From an uncultured Alphaproteobacteria bacterium (GTDB lineage Bacteria > Pseudomonadota > Alphaproteobacteria > Rs-D84), in the NCBI GenBank assembly GCA_947053455.1, contig CAMRSV010000003.1, forward strand, positions 1 to 64,000: DNA of 64,000 nucleotides, in the 5' to 3' direction. Made by a program: the position numbers and the translations under genes. Below the pieces are notes generated by a model, which was not told the origin of the DNA, did no database searches, and saw only the letters and a list, made by a program, of their open reading frames with translations. Positions 1 through 8,925 of the stretch are shown here, piece after piece. Each line of letters starts with the position of its first letter. Positions within the stretch are counted from its first letter, which is position 1.

Positions 1-2
1 AT

Positions 3-206
3 GTTGCATACCGTATGGGCGTAGCAGAGGTTACATGGCACAAATATGAATATGACAAGATGGTTGTGCCATCACATATTCTGATAAAACTGTTTATGTT
101 CGGGTTTGATTTTTTCTATCCATATCCGTTGCGATTTACGGATTTGGAAACACCACCCGTTGTTGGCGAATACATTCCGAAAAACAAAAATGAAAACAAC
201 AAATAA
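3..206 (+). CDS. XRE-like helix-turn-helix protein, 5'-truncated by the window edge
   Basis: Frame is open from position 3 (VAYRMGVAEVTWHKYEYDKMVVPSHILIKLFMFG). This matches the XRE HTH pattern 'A..MGV....W.KYE.....VP' and resembles the ORF at 14319..14645. Confidence 0.6.
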   Translation, partial: VAYRMGVAEVTWHKYEYDKMVVPSHILIKLFMFGFDFFYPYPLRFTDLETPPVVGEYIPKNKNENNK

Positions 207-236
207 AAACACCGCCCCAAATGGGCGGCATTTAAT
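205..236. terminator. Bidirectional intrinsic terminator
   Basis: CCGCCC-caaat-GGGCGG hairpin flanked by A/T tracts between convergent genes. Confidence 0.7.
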
Positions 237-250
237 TTAACGTGATGCAA

Positions 251-541
251 TTATTTCTTTTTTGCAACCAGCGCACGAAACTCCGTACTCGGCCGGAAAG
301 AGGCCACGCGACGCGCACTGATTACCGCCGGCGTCCCCGTCTTTGGGTTACGACCCATGCGGGCGGATTTGGTCAGAATCTTGAAACTGCCCAGCCCGGC
401 AAACTTAACATCCTCCCCATGAATCAGCGATTCACGAATTTCATCAAACACAACATCAACCAGTTTATACGCATCACCCGTCGTTAAACCAAACGTTGCA
501 CGCAAACGGTTTGCTAAATCATTTCTTGTTATTGTAGCCAT
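251..541 (-). CDS. ihfA: Integration host factor alpha / HU-family DNA-binding protein
   Basis: TITRNDLA...VKFAGLGSF...RMGRNPKTG...FRPS motifs; directly downstream of fabH as in Alphaproteobacteria. Confidence 0.88.
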   Translation of the reverse strand: MATITRNDLANRLRATFGLTTGDAYKLVDVVFDEIRESLIHGEDVKFAGLGSFKILTKSARMGRNPKTGTPAVISARRVASFRPSTEFRALVAKKK

Positions 542-545
542 TTTA

Positions 546-1484
546 TCACACCCTGATTAATGCCGCACCCCAGGTCAGACCACTGCCAAACGCCGGATAC
601 AAAATTAACTGCCCAGGTTTGATAAACCCGTTATCCATACCATACGCCAGTGCAAGCACACCCGACGCACCACTGGTATTAGCATGCTTGTCCACGGTGA
701 CCAAAATCTTTTCCAATGGGAACCCCAGGCGTTGCGCCCCACTTTGGATTATGCGCAAATTCGCCTGATGCGGAATAATCCAATCAACATTTTCCGCCGT
801 AATGCCCGCATGCTGCATAATATAATTTGCCGCCGCCGGCATTAATGTTACGGCCTTTTTATATGTTTCGGGACCATTCATTATAATCTTGTGATCTATT
901 GACCCATGCAGCATTTCAAATTCGCTACCATCAGCCATTACAACCGTATCGATAATACCAGAATAACTGGATGTTGAACGTTCAAATATCATCGCACCCG
1001 CACCATCGCCAAACAGTACGGCCGTACTGCGGTCATCCATATCAATAAAGCGCGACATTTTTTCCGCACCGATAATCAGTATACGTTCATGTATTCCCGA
1101 TGTGAAAAATGACCGCGCGCAGTGCAGTGCATAAATATACCCCGTGCATGCGCCGCGTACATCAAACGCCGGAACATTTTTCTGTGCCCCAAGTTTCCCC
1201 GCCACCTGAACCGCGACAGACGGAAAATCCAATTCCGACGACGTTGTGGCCGTTATTATTAAATCAATATCATCAATCGTTAGACCCGCAGATGCCAATG
1301 CGCGTTCTGCCGCCACAACCGCCATATCAACAACCGTTTCATCGTCCGCCGCAAAATGACGTTCACGCATACCCGTGCGCTGAACAATCCATTCATCGGT
1401 CGTATCCATGATTTTTTCAAAATCCTGGTTGGTGACAACCCGCTGCGGCAAATAAGAACCATAGCCTATCAGTTTGCTACCCAT
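546..1484 (-). CDS. fabH: 3-oxoacyl-ACP synthase III
   Basis: GACTG (Cys), PHQAN (His) and HANTSGAS (Asn) triad; WIVQRTG; LFGDGAGA. Confidence 0.97.
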   Translation of the reverse strand: MGSKLIGYGSYLPQRVVTNQDFEKIMDTTDEWIVQRTGMRERHFAADDETVVDMAVVAAERALASAGLTIDDIDLIITATTSSELDFPSVAVQVAGKLGAQKNVPAFDVRGACTGYIYALHCARSFFTSGIHERILIIGAEKMSRFIDMDDRSTAVLFGDGAGAMIFERSTSSYSGIIDTVVMADGSEFEMLHGSIDHKIIMNGPETYKKAVTLMPAAANYIMQHAGITAENVDWIIPHQANLRIIQSGAQRLGFPLEKILVTVDKHANTSGASGVLALAYGMDNGFIKPGQLILYPAFGSGLTWGAALIRV

Positions 1485-1574
1485 ATGCCCTTCCTTTTAA
1501 TTATTTTGAAGCATTATACAAGTGGCAACCACAACTTGCAATATTAAAATAAAAGGAATAAAATACACTTTGCC

Positions 1575-1650
1575 GTCCCCATAGTTCAACAGGATAGAAC
1601 AAGTTCCTCCTAAGAATTAGATGCAGGTTCGAGTCCTGCTGGGGACGCCA
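1575..1650 (+). tRNA. tRNA-Arg(CCT)
   Basis: 76 nt; GTCCCCA/TGGGGAC acceptor stem; anticodon arm AGTTC-CTCCTAA-GAATT; GGTTCGAGTCC T-arm; encoded CCA. Confidence 0.97.
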
Positions 1651-1695
1651 AATTACTAATTTGCAAACGACAAAAATATATTTATAATACATTCC

Positions 1696-2025
1696 ATGAA
1701 GAACAAAGCTGTAAAAATTGGAATAATTGCAAGTATTGTCCCGCATATATTTTGTTGCGGTTTGCCAATTGCATTGTCCATTATTGGGCTGCTGGCACCC
1801 GAATCGGCACATTTCCATATAATCCCCGAATGGCTGGAACCATGGATATTTGTGTTCTCGGCGGGGATGCTGGGGCTATCGTGGGTGATGGTTATGCGTG
1901 AATGCCGCTGTGAATGCAATCACTGTCACGGTGGTCATACGCACAGACCCCAGAAAATTATTTTGGCCGTCGTTACGGTTATATTTATAATCAGCATATT
2001 ACTGCATATCGCGGCACATCATTAA
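1696..2025 (+). CDS. MerT/MerF-like small metal-transport membrane protein
   Basis: Three hydrophobic segments, vicinal CC pair in TM1 (HIFCCGLP), Cys/His-rich loop CRCECNHCHGGHTH. Confidence 0.65.
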   Translation: MKNKAVKIGIIASIVPHIFCCGLPIALSIIGLLAPESAHFHIIPEWLEPWIFVFSAGMLGLSWVMVMRECRCECNHCHGGHTHRPQKIILAVVTVIFIISILLHIAAHH

Positions 2026-2061
2026 AAACGGGGCACACGCCACGTTTTTATAATAAATGTT

Positions 2062-3651
2062 TCAAACAAATTTTTCCGGCACCAGACGCGTCATTACCTT
2101 TAACAATCTGCGGAAAATGGTGGTGTCGGGACTGCGACGATATACACGCGGCATCTGGTCGCCCGGACGCATTCCCGTCCAAACAGGATGTCCATCATCA
2201 AGCGTTACATGCCATGATGTTTGCGTATCCTTTATAATCATATCACGCAATTTCTGTGCAAAATCACGACTTTCAAATATCGCAACATTTTCAGTATTGA
2301 AACACGCACTTCGCGGGTCAAGATTAAAACTGCCTATCCATGATATGTCATCATCAAACACAATTGTTTTACTATGCAGGACAGAAAAACTGGATTGCTT
2401 TCGTTCACGATCATGCCGCTTGCCGCGCAGATTTTCCGCCGACAACATAAATTCATAAACATCCGCACCAGATTCAATCAGTTTCTTGCGGTATTTTTCC
2501 CACTTGGCATAAACCGTCGGCGCATTTGTAGACGCCAGCGAATTCGTCACAATAGTCAGGTGAACGCCCGAATTTTCCTCGCGCAGCATGTGTTCCAAGC
2601 CACCTTGCCCCGGGACAAAATATGCTGCCGACAAATAAACATTATCGCGCGTTTTATCCCACAGATTTTGCAGCGCGGTAATAATTTCGCCACGATATAA
2701 TTCTTTTTCGCGCATGGTCATTTCAACCTTTTGCGGGGGGTCTGCTAAAAATTTTCCACGCCCCCAGCTGAAATCAAATTTTTTGGTTTTGTATTCACGT
2801 TGCGCCATGGAAATAATCGTGTTGTATTTGCGCAATTGTTCCGCGTCTTCGACCTGCAGACGCTGGAATTTCTTATCTAATTTTTGCATGGCCTTTTTAG
2901 AGTTGGCCTTTGGGAAAACAGATGCAGGAATCGCCAGATGATGCGTCCAGTACTCGTTAAAACTTTGCGTCGCGTAACGCGTCATATCCCCCAGGAACAA
3001 TACATCCGTATCGGAAAAGTTCGATGCCGTTTCAGGATAGAAATAATTACTGCCGACATTACGTCCGCCCGTTATGTATGCGACATTGTCAACAATGAAC
3101 AGTTTGTTGTGCATGCGCGAATTTAACCGATTGAAATCCATCAAAAATTGCGGATAGTACAATAGACGCGTCCGGTTTGATACGGTATTGAAAACCTTGA
3201 CCTCTATATTCGGGTGCTGGTTTAGTAAAATCACGTCCACAATGTCTGAACGCGTTCCGTAATCATCCAGAAGTATTCGCACCTTGACCCCACGGTCAGC
3301 GGCCTTTTTAAGTTCGCCAAGTAAAATGTGCGACGTAAAATCATTACTGTAGATATATGTTTGCAAATCAATGGTTTTTGTCGCCATTCGCGCAAATGCC
3401 GCACGAATAACAAACGCAGACAACCCATCTTCGATAAGTGTCGCGCCACTTATTTCCGACCCGCGACTCAATTCCCGGTCATAGCACTGGGCAATCGGGG
3501 TTTCCATGGGGTCGTAATCAAAATCGGCGTCAGTTATTTTTGCCTCATACCCGTCCAGGCGCTGGTCACGCGTTGACGTCGGCACAGTGGTGCATCCAAA
3601 CAATGGCAACGCCACCAAACACATTGATACTTTCTTAAATTGCGAAAACAT
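2062..3651 (-). CDS. clsC: Phospholipase D family, ClsC/YmdC-type cardiolipin synthase (lipoprotein)
   Basis: Two HKD motifs (MHNKLFIVD, LHSKTIVFD), GGRN and GSFNLDPRS; lipobox LFGC. Confidence 0.85.
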   Translation of the reverse strand: MFSQFKKVSMCLVALPLFGCTTVPTSTRDQRLDGYEAKITDADFDYDPMETPIAQCYDRELSRGSEISGATLIEDGLSAFVIRAAFARMATKTIDLQTYIYSNDFTSHILLGELKKAADRGVKVRILLDDYGTRSDIVDVILLNQHPNIEVKVFNTVSNRTRLLYYPQFLMDFNRLNSRMHNKLFIVDNVAYITGGRNVGSNYFYPETASNFSDTDVLFLGDMTRYATQSFNEYWTHHLAIPASVFPKANSKKAMQKLDKKFQRLQVEDAEQLRKYNTIISMAQREYKTKKFDFSWGRGKFLADPPQKVEMTMREKELYRGEIITALQNLWDKTRDNVYLSAAYFVPGQGGLEHMLREENSGVHLTIVTNSLASTNAPTVYAKWEKYRKKLIESGADVYEFMLSAENLRGKRHDRERKQSSFSVLHSKTIVFDDDISWIGSFNLDPRSACFNTENVAIFESRDFAQKLRDMIIKDTQTSWHVTLDDGHPVWTGMRPGDQMPRVYRRSPDTTIFRRLLKVMTRLVPEKFV

Positions 3652-3849
3652 TTTCCACCCTAAAAAATTCTTTCTGGCGATTATATACGTAACTGCAATA
3701 TTTTACAAGAAAATTCATTAAAAAATATAATATTTTTACTCCGCTGATGCGCAAAAATCTTCAAATAATACGTTATCGTACGTCCATTTTTCATTTGATT
3801 GCAGGGTGCTATTGTGATAAAATTATTATAATAGAAGGGAAGATTCTGT

Positions 3850-6099
3850 ATGAAAAGATTTATCGCCGTGTTAAGTGGTTTGCTGGTTTTGCCCGCATTT
3901 GCGGAGGTTGCGCCAATATATTACGATGAAGAAATTGAGTTGACCGACGACGGTTATATTCAGTTCGACGAGCAATACGAAGAAATCGCACCGAACCAGG
4001 CTAACACGCAACCGGCCCCGCAACCCACGGTCGCACCAGCCGTTGTTGCCACGCCGACGGCGCGCGCAACGCGCAACGCGGGTAGAAAAACAACGACCGC
4101 AACACGAACCGTATCATCTGGTTCAATAAATGTTTCACCACGTGGCACATCTCCGCGTACGGCCGGCACACGTACTGCGACCGTCACCGCCCGCGGCACA
4201 ACGGCGGGCACCGGCACGGTTTCAACGCGCGCCGCATCATCAACCAGAACGACCCGCCCAACATCTGCCGCACGCAGCGCCACAACAACAAATTCTGGCA
4301 CAACCACCGCAACACGGCGTAATACCACCACGTCAACTGGTGGCAACGTTGCCGCGCGCGCATCAATCATTCAATCGAACACGGTGACGGCACCGCTGTA
4401 CACCGGACGCGTCGGCGTTCGCGGAACATCTGCATCAATCGGTGCACGCGTTCCATCAATCCAAATGGGTACGACCACAGATAGTGCTACCGCCACCACA
4501 ACGAGTGCCACGTCAATGGATGAATTGGCGCAAATCACCGATTTTTGCAAGGCACAGTATACACAGTGCATGGATAATTTCTGTAATGTTCTGGACGACA
4601 ACCAGGGTCGTTGCAGCTGCAGTGCCAATCTTGCCAATTATGAAAAAACAGAACAGGCATTGAAGAATGCAACCGAAGAATTGCAAAACGTCGCACAAAA
4701 CATGCGCTATATTGGGTTGACTGCCACCCAGGTTGAAAGCCTGTTCCAGGCGACCGAGGCAGAATTGCAATTGTCGTCATCAACAGATTCTAGCCAATTG
4801 AAAAATAATCTGGATAAAATCAAAGGAATGATTATAGATGTCAACACCGGTACGGCGTCATCATCAACATCGGGTGTATCAACTGATTTGTCCGGATTGC
4901 TGAACTTCTCGCTGGACAGCACGGGTTTCAATCTGGCCAATATTAACGCGGGCAGCATACTTAACACATCGGCCACAAACAGCATCAGCAACCAGCGCGG
5001 CACACAACTTTACAAGACCGCAACCGCACGATGCAAGGCGTCCGTTCTTAACAGTTGCCAGGCTCAAGGTGTCGACATATCAATCATCACAAACGCGTAC
5101 GATTTGGAAATTGACAAGCAGTGCATTGCATATGAACGCAGCCTGAACGAATCCAACGCGCAAATGTCATCAATGGTCAGCAATGCAAAGGTATTGTTGC
5201 AAAACGCACGTCTGCAGGTGTCACAGCAAAAGAACGCATACAATCTGCGCGAATGCGTAACGGAACTGGACAAGTGCATGCAAGAAGATTTCGTTTGCGG
5301 CACAAATTATGAAAACTGTCTGGATCCGACCGGTAAATTCATTGTTGCGGGCGAAGTTGTCGCGGGCAGTCTGCCTGGAACACCGGGTCAAAATAGCAGC
5401 TATACCGGAACTATATATGACACATGGACATATGACAGCAAAAATGCATGGGATAATGGAACACTGTCTGATTATATTAACAAATATGTGAACGGCACAT
5501 TCCCAGAAACAGCCGATTCCACCATGGCAAATTTCCTGCAACAAAAAATCGGTCGCATAAACAACGATGGCAAGGCCGAAGGTATGTGCGCATCGGTTCT
5601 AAACATGTGCCAGGATTACAGTTTTACAAACAATAAATACAAAATTGACAACCAGGTTATCAAAAACTATATGGAACGCGTACTGCCGCAGATTAAATCG
5701 GCTCAGGATACAACCTTGTCCGATTACGCGGAAAAATGCGTTTCAGACGTTGTAACATGCCTGAACCGGAACAGCACAACATATGGATATAACTCATCAT
5801 ATTCATATAACACCGCCAATCCATCCAACGCGGCAATCAATGCGTGTAAATCCGTAATCAGCACATGTATGAGTGTTAACGGCGTATCGAAAGACGATAT
5901 ATCAACAAAAATAAACGAATGGTTGGATGACGCCGTAAATACCAGTTTGACCACCAAGAAACGCAACTGCGTATCATCCAACGGAACATGGAATGGTTCG
6001 GTTCTTGATGACAAAGGCTTGTGCACTTGTCCGAACGGAACGGAACTAACTAATGATGGGCTCTGCCAAAAAAAACCGGCAACACCACCAACAGAATAA
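3850..6099 (+). CDS. Large secreted Cys-rich protein with R/T/A-rich disordered linker and C-terminal EGF-like module
   Basis: 749 aa; signal peptide MKRFIAVLSGLLVLPAFA; many Cys; ends CTCPNGTELTNDGLC; followed by a terminator. Confidence 0.85.
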   Translation: MKRFIAVLSGLLVLPAFAEVAPIYYDEEIELTDDGYIQFDEQYEEIAPNQANTQPAPQPTVAPAVVATPTARATRNAGRKTTTATRTVSSGSINVSPRGTSPRTAGTRTATVTARGTTAGTGTVSTRAASSTRTTRPTSAARSATTTNSGTTTATRRNTTTSTGGNVAARASIIQSNTVTAPLYTGRVGVRGTSASIGARVPSIQMGTTTDSATATTTSATSMDELAQITDFCKAQYTQCMDNFCNVLDDNQGRCSCSANLANYEKTEQALKNATEELQNVAQNMRYIGLTATQVESLFQATEAELQLSSSTDSSQLKNNLDKIKGMIIDVNTGTASSSTSGVSTDLSGLLNFSLDSTGFNLANINAGSILNTSATNSISNQRGTQLYKTATARCKASVLNSCQAQGVDISIITNAYDLEIDKQCIAYERSLNESNAQMSSMVSNAKVLLQNARLQVSQQKNAYNLRECVTELDKCMQEDFVCGTNYENCLDPTGKFIVAGEVVAGSLPGTPGQNSSYTGTIYDTWTYDSKNAWDNGTLSDYINKYVNGTFPETADSTMANFLQQKIGRINNDGKAEGMCASVLNMCQDYSFTNNKYKIDNQVIKNYMERVLPQIKSAQDTTLSDYAEKCVSDVVTCLNRNSTTYGYNSSYSYNTANPSNAAINACKSVISTCMSVNGVSKDDISTKINEWLDDAVNTSLTTKKRNCVSSNGTWNGSVLDDKGLCTCPNGTELTNDGLCQKKPATPPTE

Positions 6100-6102
6100 A
6101 AT

Positions 6103-6131
6103 AAAAATCCCGCAGATTGCGGGATTTTTAT
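6103..6131. terminator. Bidirectional intrinsic terminator
   Basis: AAAAATCCCGCA-gat-TGCGGGATTTTT. Confidence 0.85.
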
Positions 6132-6150
6132 TTGTGCGCAAATGAAAACC

Positions 6151-6350
6151 GCACCGCGCAACATAGCGCCACGACATTGCGCGCCGCGTCATATCACGCC
6201 ATGCAGCACCATGACACGCCGTGCCACACGATACCACATAACGTCGCACAATACCATGGCACGCCCGGTCACGCTATGTCACACAATTGCGCGTTGTATC
6301 ATACTGCGATATTCCGTGCCATGCCGTGTTGCACCATTCCATGCCGCAGC
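6151..6350. repeat. Degenerate 5-bp tandem array, 40 units, consensus RYRCC
   Basis: In-phase pentamers gcacc gcgca acata gcgcc acgac ... attcc atgcc gcagc; by hand count 39/40 start RY, 35/40 start RYR and 28/40 end in C. Confidence 0.85.
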
Positions 6351-6385
6351 GCCAATAATATTTTCATAAAAATTAAATTGAATTA

Positions 6386-6838
6386 TTATGCGCCAATTTT
6401 TATATTCGGACGCGATGCGCGTAAATTATCCAACGCCTTTGCCTGCGCTGCGCGAAATGCATCGGGATTCCAAATTTGAAAACTGTTGCCGCGGCCAACA
6501 AAAACGGCCGCATCATGAATACCTGCGTGCGCCAATAAATCCGCCGGGATGACAATGCGCCCCGTCACATCGAACGACAACGGCCGCGCATCCGCAAACA
6601 GCATTGCCGACAAATCGTCCAACGCACCGTCAAAAACACCCATGCTGTTGTCTGCCGCCGCAGCCAATTGTTCCATGCGATGCATTGTCATGCCCTCGAT
6701 ACAATTGTTGGTAAACGAACGGTAAAGTACAACGCCCGGGAAATTGTCACCTGAAACCGAAGCCCGGAAAGAAGCGGGTACGGAAATACGCCCCTTGCTA
6801 TCCAAACGATTTTCATAAGATGAGAGAAACAATGACAT
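6386..6838 (-). CDS. mraZ: Division/cell-wall cluster repressor MraZ
   Basis: FLSSYENRLDSKGRISVPASFR and FDVTGRIVIP double AbrB-like repeat; VFVGRGNSFQIW. Confidence 0.93.
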   Translation of the reverse strand: MSLFLSSYENRLDSKGRISVPASFRASVSGDNFPGVVLYRSFTNNCIEGMTMHRMEQLAAAADNSMGVFDGALDDLSAMLFADARPLSFDVTGRIVIPADLLAHAGIHDAAVFVGRGNSFQIWNPDAFRAAQAKALDNLRASRPNIKIGA

Positions 6839-6890
6839 TTTTAATCTTTGTTTGGGTGCGACCCGCGGTCTTTCGGTTGGCTTCGATTAA

Positions 6891-6919
6891 AATTTAGCAC
6901 GCCCCAAATTGGTTGTCAA
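6891..6919 (-). promoter_or_regulatory. Sigma70-type promoter for mraZ
   Basis: TTGACA-17 nt-TAAATT with extended -10 TG on the minus strand. Confidence 0.6.
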
Positions 6920-7216
6920 TGACATTTTATAATCAAATTATGGTATTTTATGGTTTAATAAGTAAAATGATAAAAATTTTAAATAAAATTAAAATAAATT
7001 AATTTTCCACTTGACCTGCGATTCGTTTTTGTTCTATGATTCGTGTATAGACAAGGGAAAAAGAATAAAAAAGCCCAAAAATCCGCCAAAAAACCGGATT
7101 TTTGCGAAAAACAAAACAGGAAACAATAATTTTTAATTAAATTTTTGTAAATACAGAATGTAAATACAAAATTTAATTGAATTTTTAACACCAGCCCAAA
7201 AAGGAGGGACCCGCAC

Positions 7217-7552
7217 ATGCCAAAGAACATCAAAGAAATAATGATTGCCCTGAACCAAGTCTTGACGACGACGGTATGGGTAAATGAAGACCGGCAGATA
7301 GTATCACTGGCCGATGAATTACAGATTGGGAACAACAACGCACCCCGTTCAATAGAGGATTTGCCCCGCACATCCCTGGTTGGCGCATACGTATCGTTAC
7401 AGATTCGAACCGACAACTTTGACATCGCCGCCGAAACAATGGACACAAAGACATTGGCGCTGCGTGTAAAAGGCATGGTTTTTGCAGAGGCGAAAAAGAT
7501 AATGGATGCAGCCGAAGGCGATGAAAGCGCCGTCACACTGCGTGCCGCATAA
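7217..7552 (+). CDS. Hypothetical cytoplasmic protein, 111 aa
   Basis: Strong RBS AAGGAGGG; upstream TTGACC-18-TATGAT promoter (7011-7040); downstream terminator. Confidence 0.8.
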   Translation: MPKNIKEIMIALNQVLTTTVWVNEDRQIVSLADELQIGNNNAPRSIEDLPRTSLVGAYVSLQIRTDNFDIAAETMDTKTLALRVKGMVFAEAKKIMDAAEGDESAVTLRAA

Positions 7553-7616
7553 TCATCCCGAACATTTTGCGGGTCTGATTATAAAAAGTTTCCGGACAAT
7601 CCGGAAGGAAGGGAGC

Positions 7617-7648
7617 CCCGGTGGTACTTATCACCGGGTATTTTATTT
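7617..7648 (+). terminator. Intrinsic terminator
   Basis: CCCGGTG-gtacttat-CACCGGG followed by TATTTTATTT. Confidence 0.7.
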
Positions 7649-7706
7649 GTTCTGTATATAACACCTAGTCATTATGATTAAGTGCAACGCAACAATCCAG
7701 TTTTAT

Positions 7707-8888
7707 TTATTCTTTTGTTATGAACTTATCATCCCACCCATTATAGAGTTTACCGCCTTCGCACAATTCAGCAGATTTCCAATCCTGCTTTTTTTGATGC
7801 CGGAAACAATGCGGGTGGCGCAGCGTACCTTGCCATATACCAGCTTTTTCATTTATAGCCAATGTTTCTTCATTTTGAAATAAAGTTGGCGGATAAGTAG
7901 ATATGACAGCATACCCATCGCGTACCATGGTTTTATTCAGATTGACGTCTTTCATGTTATAGCACAAACCGGTATGGCGTCCAAAACGACCAATGCCGCG
8001 AATTTCACACTTTACACGACCATTACCGACCAACTTTTGTAGATGTTCTGTTGATTTTTTCCCGCATGCATATTCACGACCCTTGGCGTCCCAACAGTTC
8101 TGTTTGCTTTCGGGGGCATCAATTCCGATAACCCTAATATTAAATAATTCTTCCAAAATTATAGTATCACCGTCAACAATGCGCGGTGTACCAATCAATA
8201 CAACGCGCTTGTTTGTTTTATGGCGTTCGGCTTCAAAGTTTATTTTTTCATACGCGTCCGGATTCAAATCCATATCTGGTTCAGTTGGTTTTTTTGATCG
8301 TGATTTTTTTGGCGTTGCGACCGTTGGCGAATCCAGTTCGACCGCCATTTCAACCTTTGCCAATTTTTCCGTCCGGGGATCGGTGCCGCCGAACAACCGC
8401 CTCCATAAAGACGGCTTGAGTTGTATTTCCGGGTCAATCATTTCATTCACGCCGATAAGGGAATAAACGTCATTCGTCATCGGGTTGTTTTGTTTTATGA
8501 GCAGTAAAAGAATTTTTTCTTCACACCTGGCAACAACCAATGTATCACCGGCTACGCCGGAACGCATAACATCGTTTTGATTATAAATCAATTTACCTTT
8601 ACCGCGACCTGCATATGATGGAGGGTAAAAATATCTCCAACTGGAATCACCAAATATTTCTATTTGATTGTCACCTTGATATACATAATGGGTTTCTAAA
8701 TCCACGCGTTTTGTTCCAAACAATTCAACCATTCCAAGAGTGGCTTGAATATAACGATTTACATCCATACTATCACTTTTGGTAAAAACTTTTGTCGTTA
8801 CAAAAGAACATTCCGACAATTGTTTTACTTCAAATGCAAATACACCACCAGGAAATAATAGAAAAAACAGAATCAATAAACATTTCAT
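7707..8888 (-). CDS. Signal-peptide protein with a putative EcoRII-N/B3-like N-terminal domain and a C-terminal staphylococcal nuclease (thermonuclease) domain
   Basis: SNase motifs VDGDTI, IRVIGIDAPE, RFGR, MVRDGYA, AGIWQG. ATG at 8888 gives MKCLLILFFLLFPGGVFA (signal-like); the alternative ATG at 8972 overlaps the MTase gene. Confidence 0.8.
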   Translation of the reverse strand: MKCLLILFFLLFPGGVFAFEVKQLSECSFVTTKVFTKSDSMDVNRYIQATLGMVELFGTKRVDLETHYVYQGDNQIEIFGDSSWRYFYPPSYAGRGKGKLIYNQNDVMRSGVAGDTLVVARCEEKILLLLIKQNNPMTNDVYSLIGVNEMIDPEIQLKPSLWRRLFGGTDPRTEKLAKVEMAVELDSPTVATPKKSRSKKPTEPDMDLNPDAYEKINFEAERHKTNKRVVLIGTPRIVDGDTIILEELFNIRVIGIDAPESKQNCWDAKGREYACGKKSTEHLQKLVGNGRVKCEIRGIGRFGRHTGLCYNMKDVNLNKTMVRDGYAVISTYPPTLFQNEETLAINEKAGIWQGTLRHPHCFRHQKKQDWKSAELCEGGKLYNGWDDKFITKE

Positions 8889-8925
8889 ATGTATTATTAT
8901 AATGTTTTTATTCCTATAAAAACAA

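Noticed and set aside
4020-4520. Low-complexity ACN/GCN/CGN-rich DNA as a repeat element
   Set aside because: Explained by the T/A/R-rich linker of the 749-aa protein.
6151-6350. Possible CRISPR array
   Set aside because: No 23-47 bp repeats with unique spacers and no cas genes; the period is 5 bp.
6046-6479. ORFs 6117..6479, 6142..6369 and 6046..6249 over the pentamer array
   Set aside because: Open frames are a by-product of the RYRCC repeat, which rarely forms stops. They have no RBS, and some overlap the terminator or mraZ.
6979-7002. CtrA box
   Set aside because: TTAA half-sites are spaced N6, not TTAA-N7-TTAA, and the context is AT-rich.
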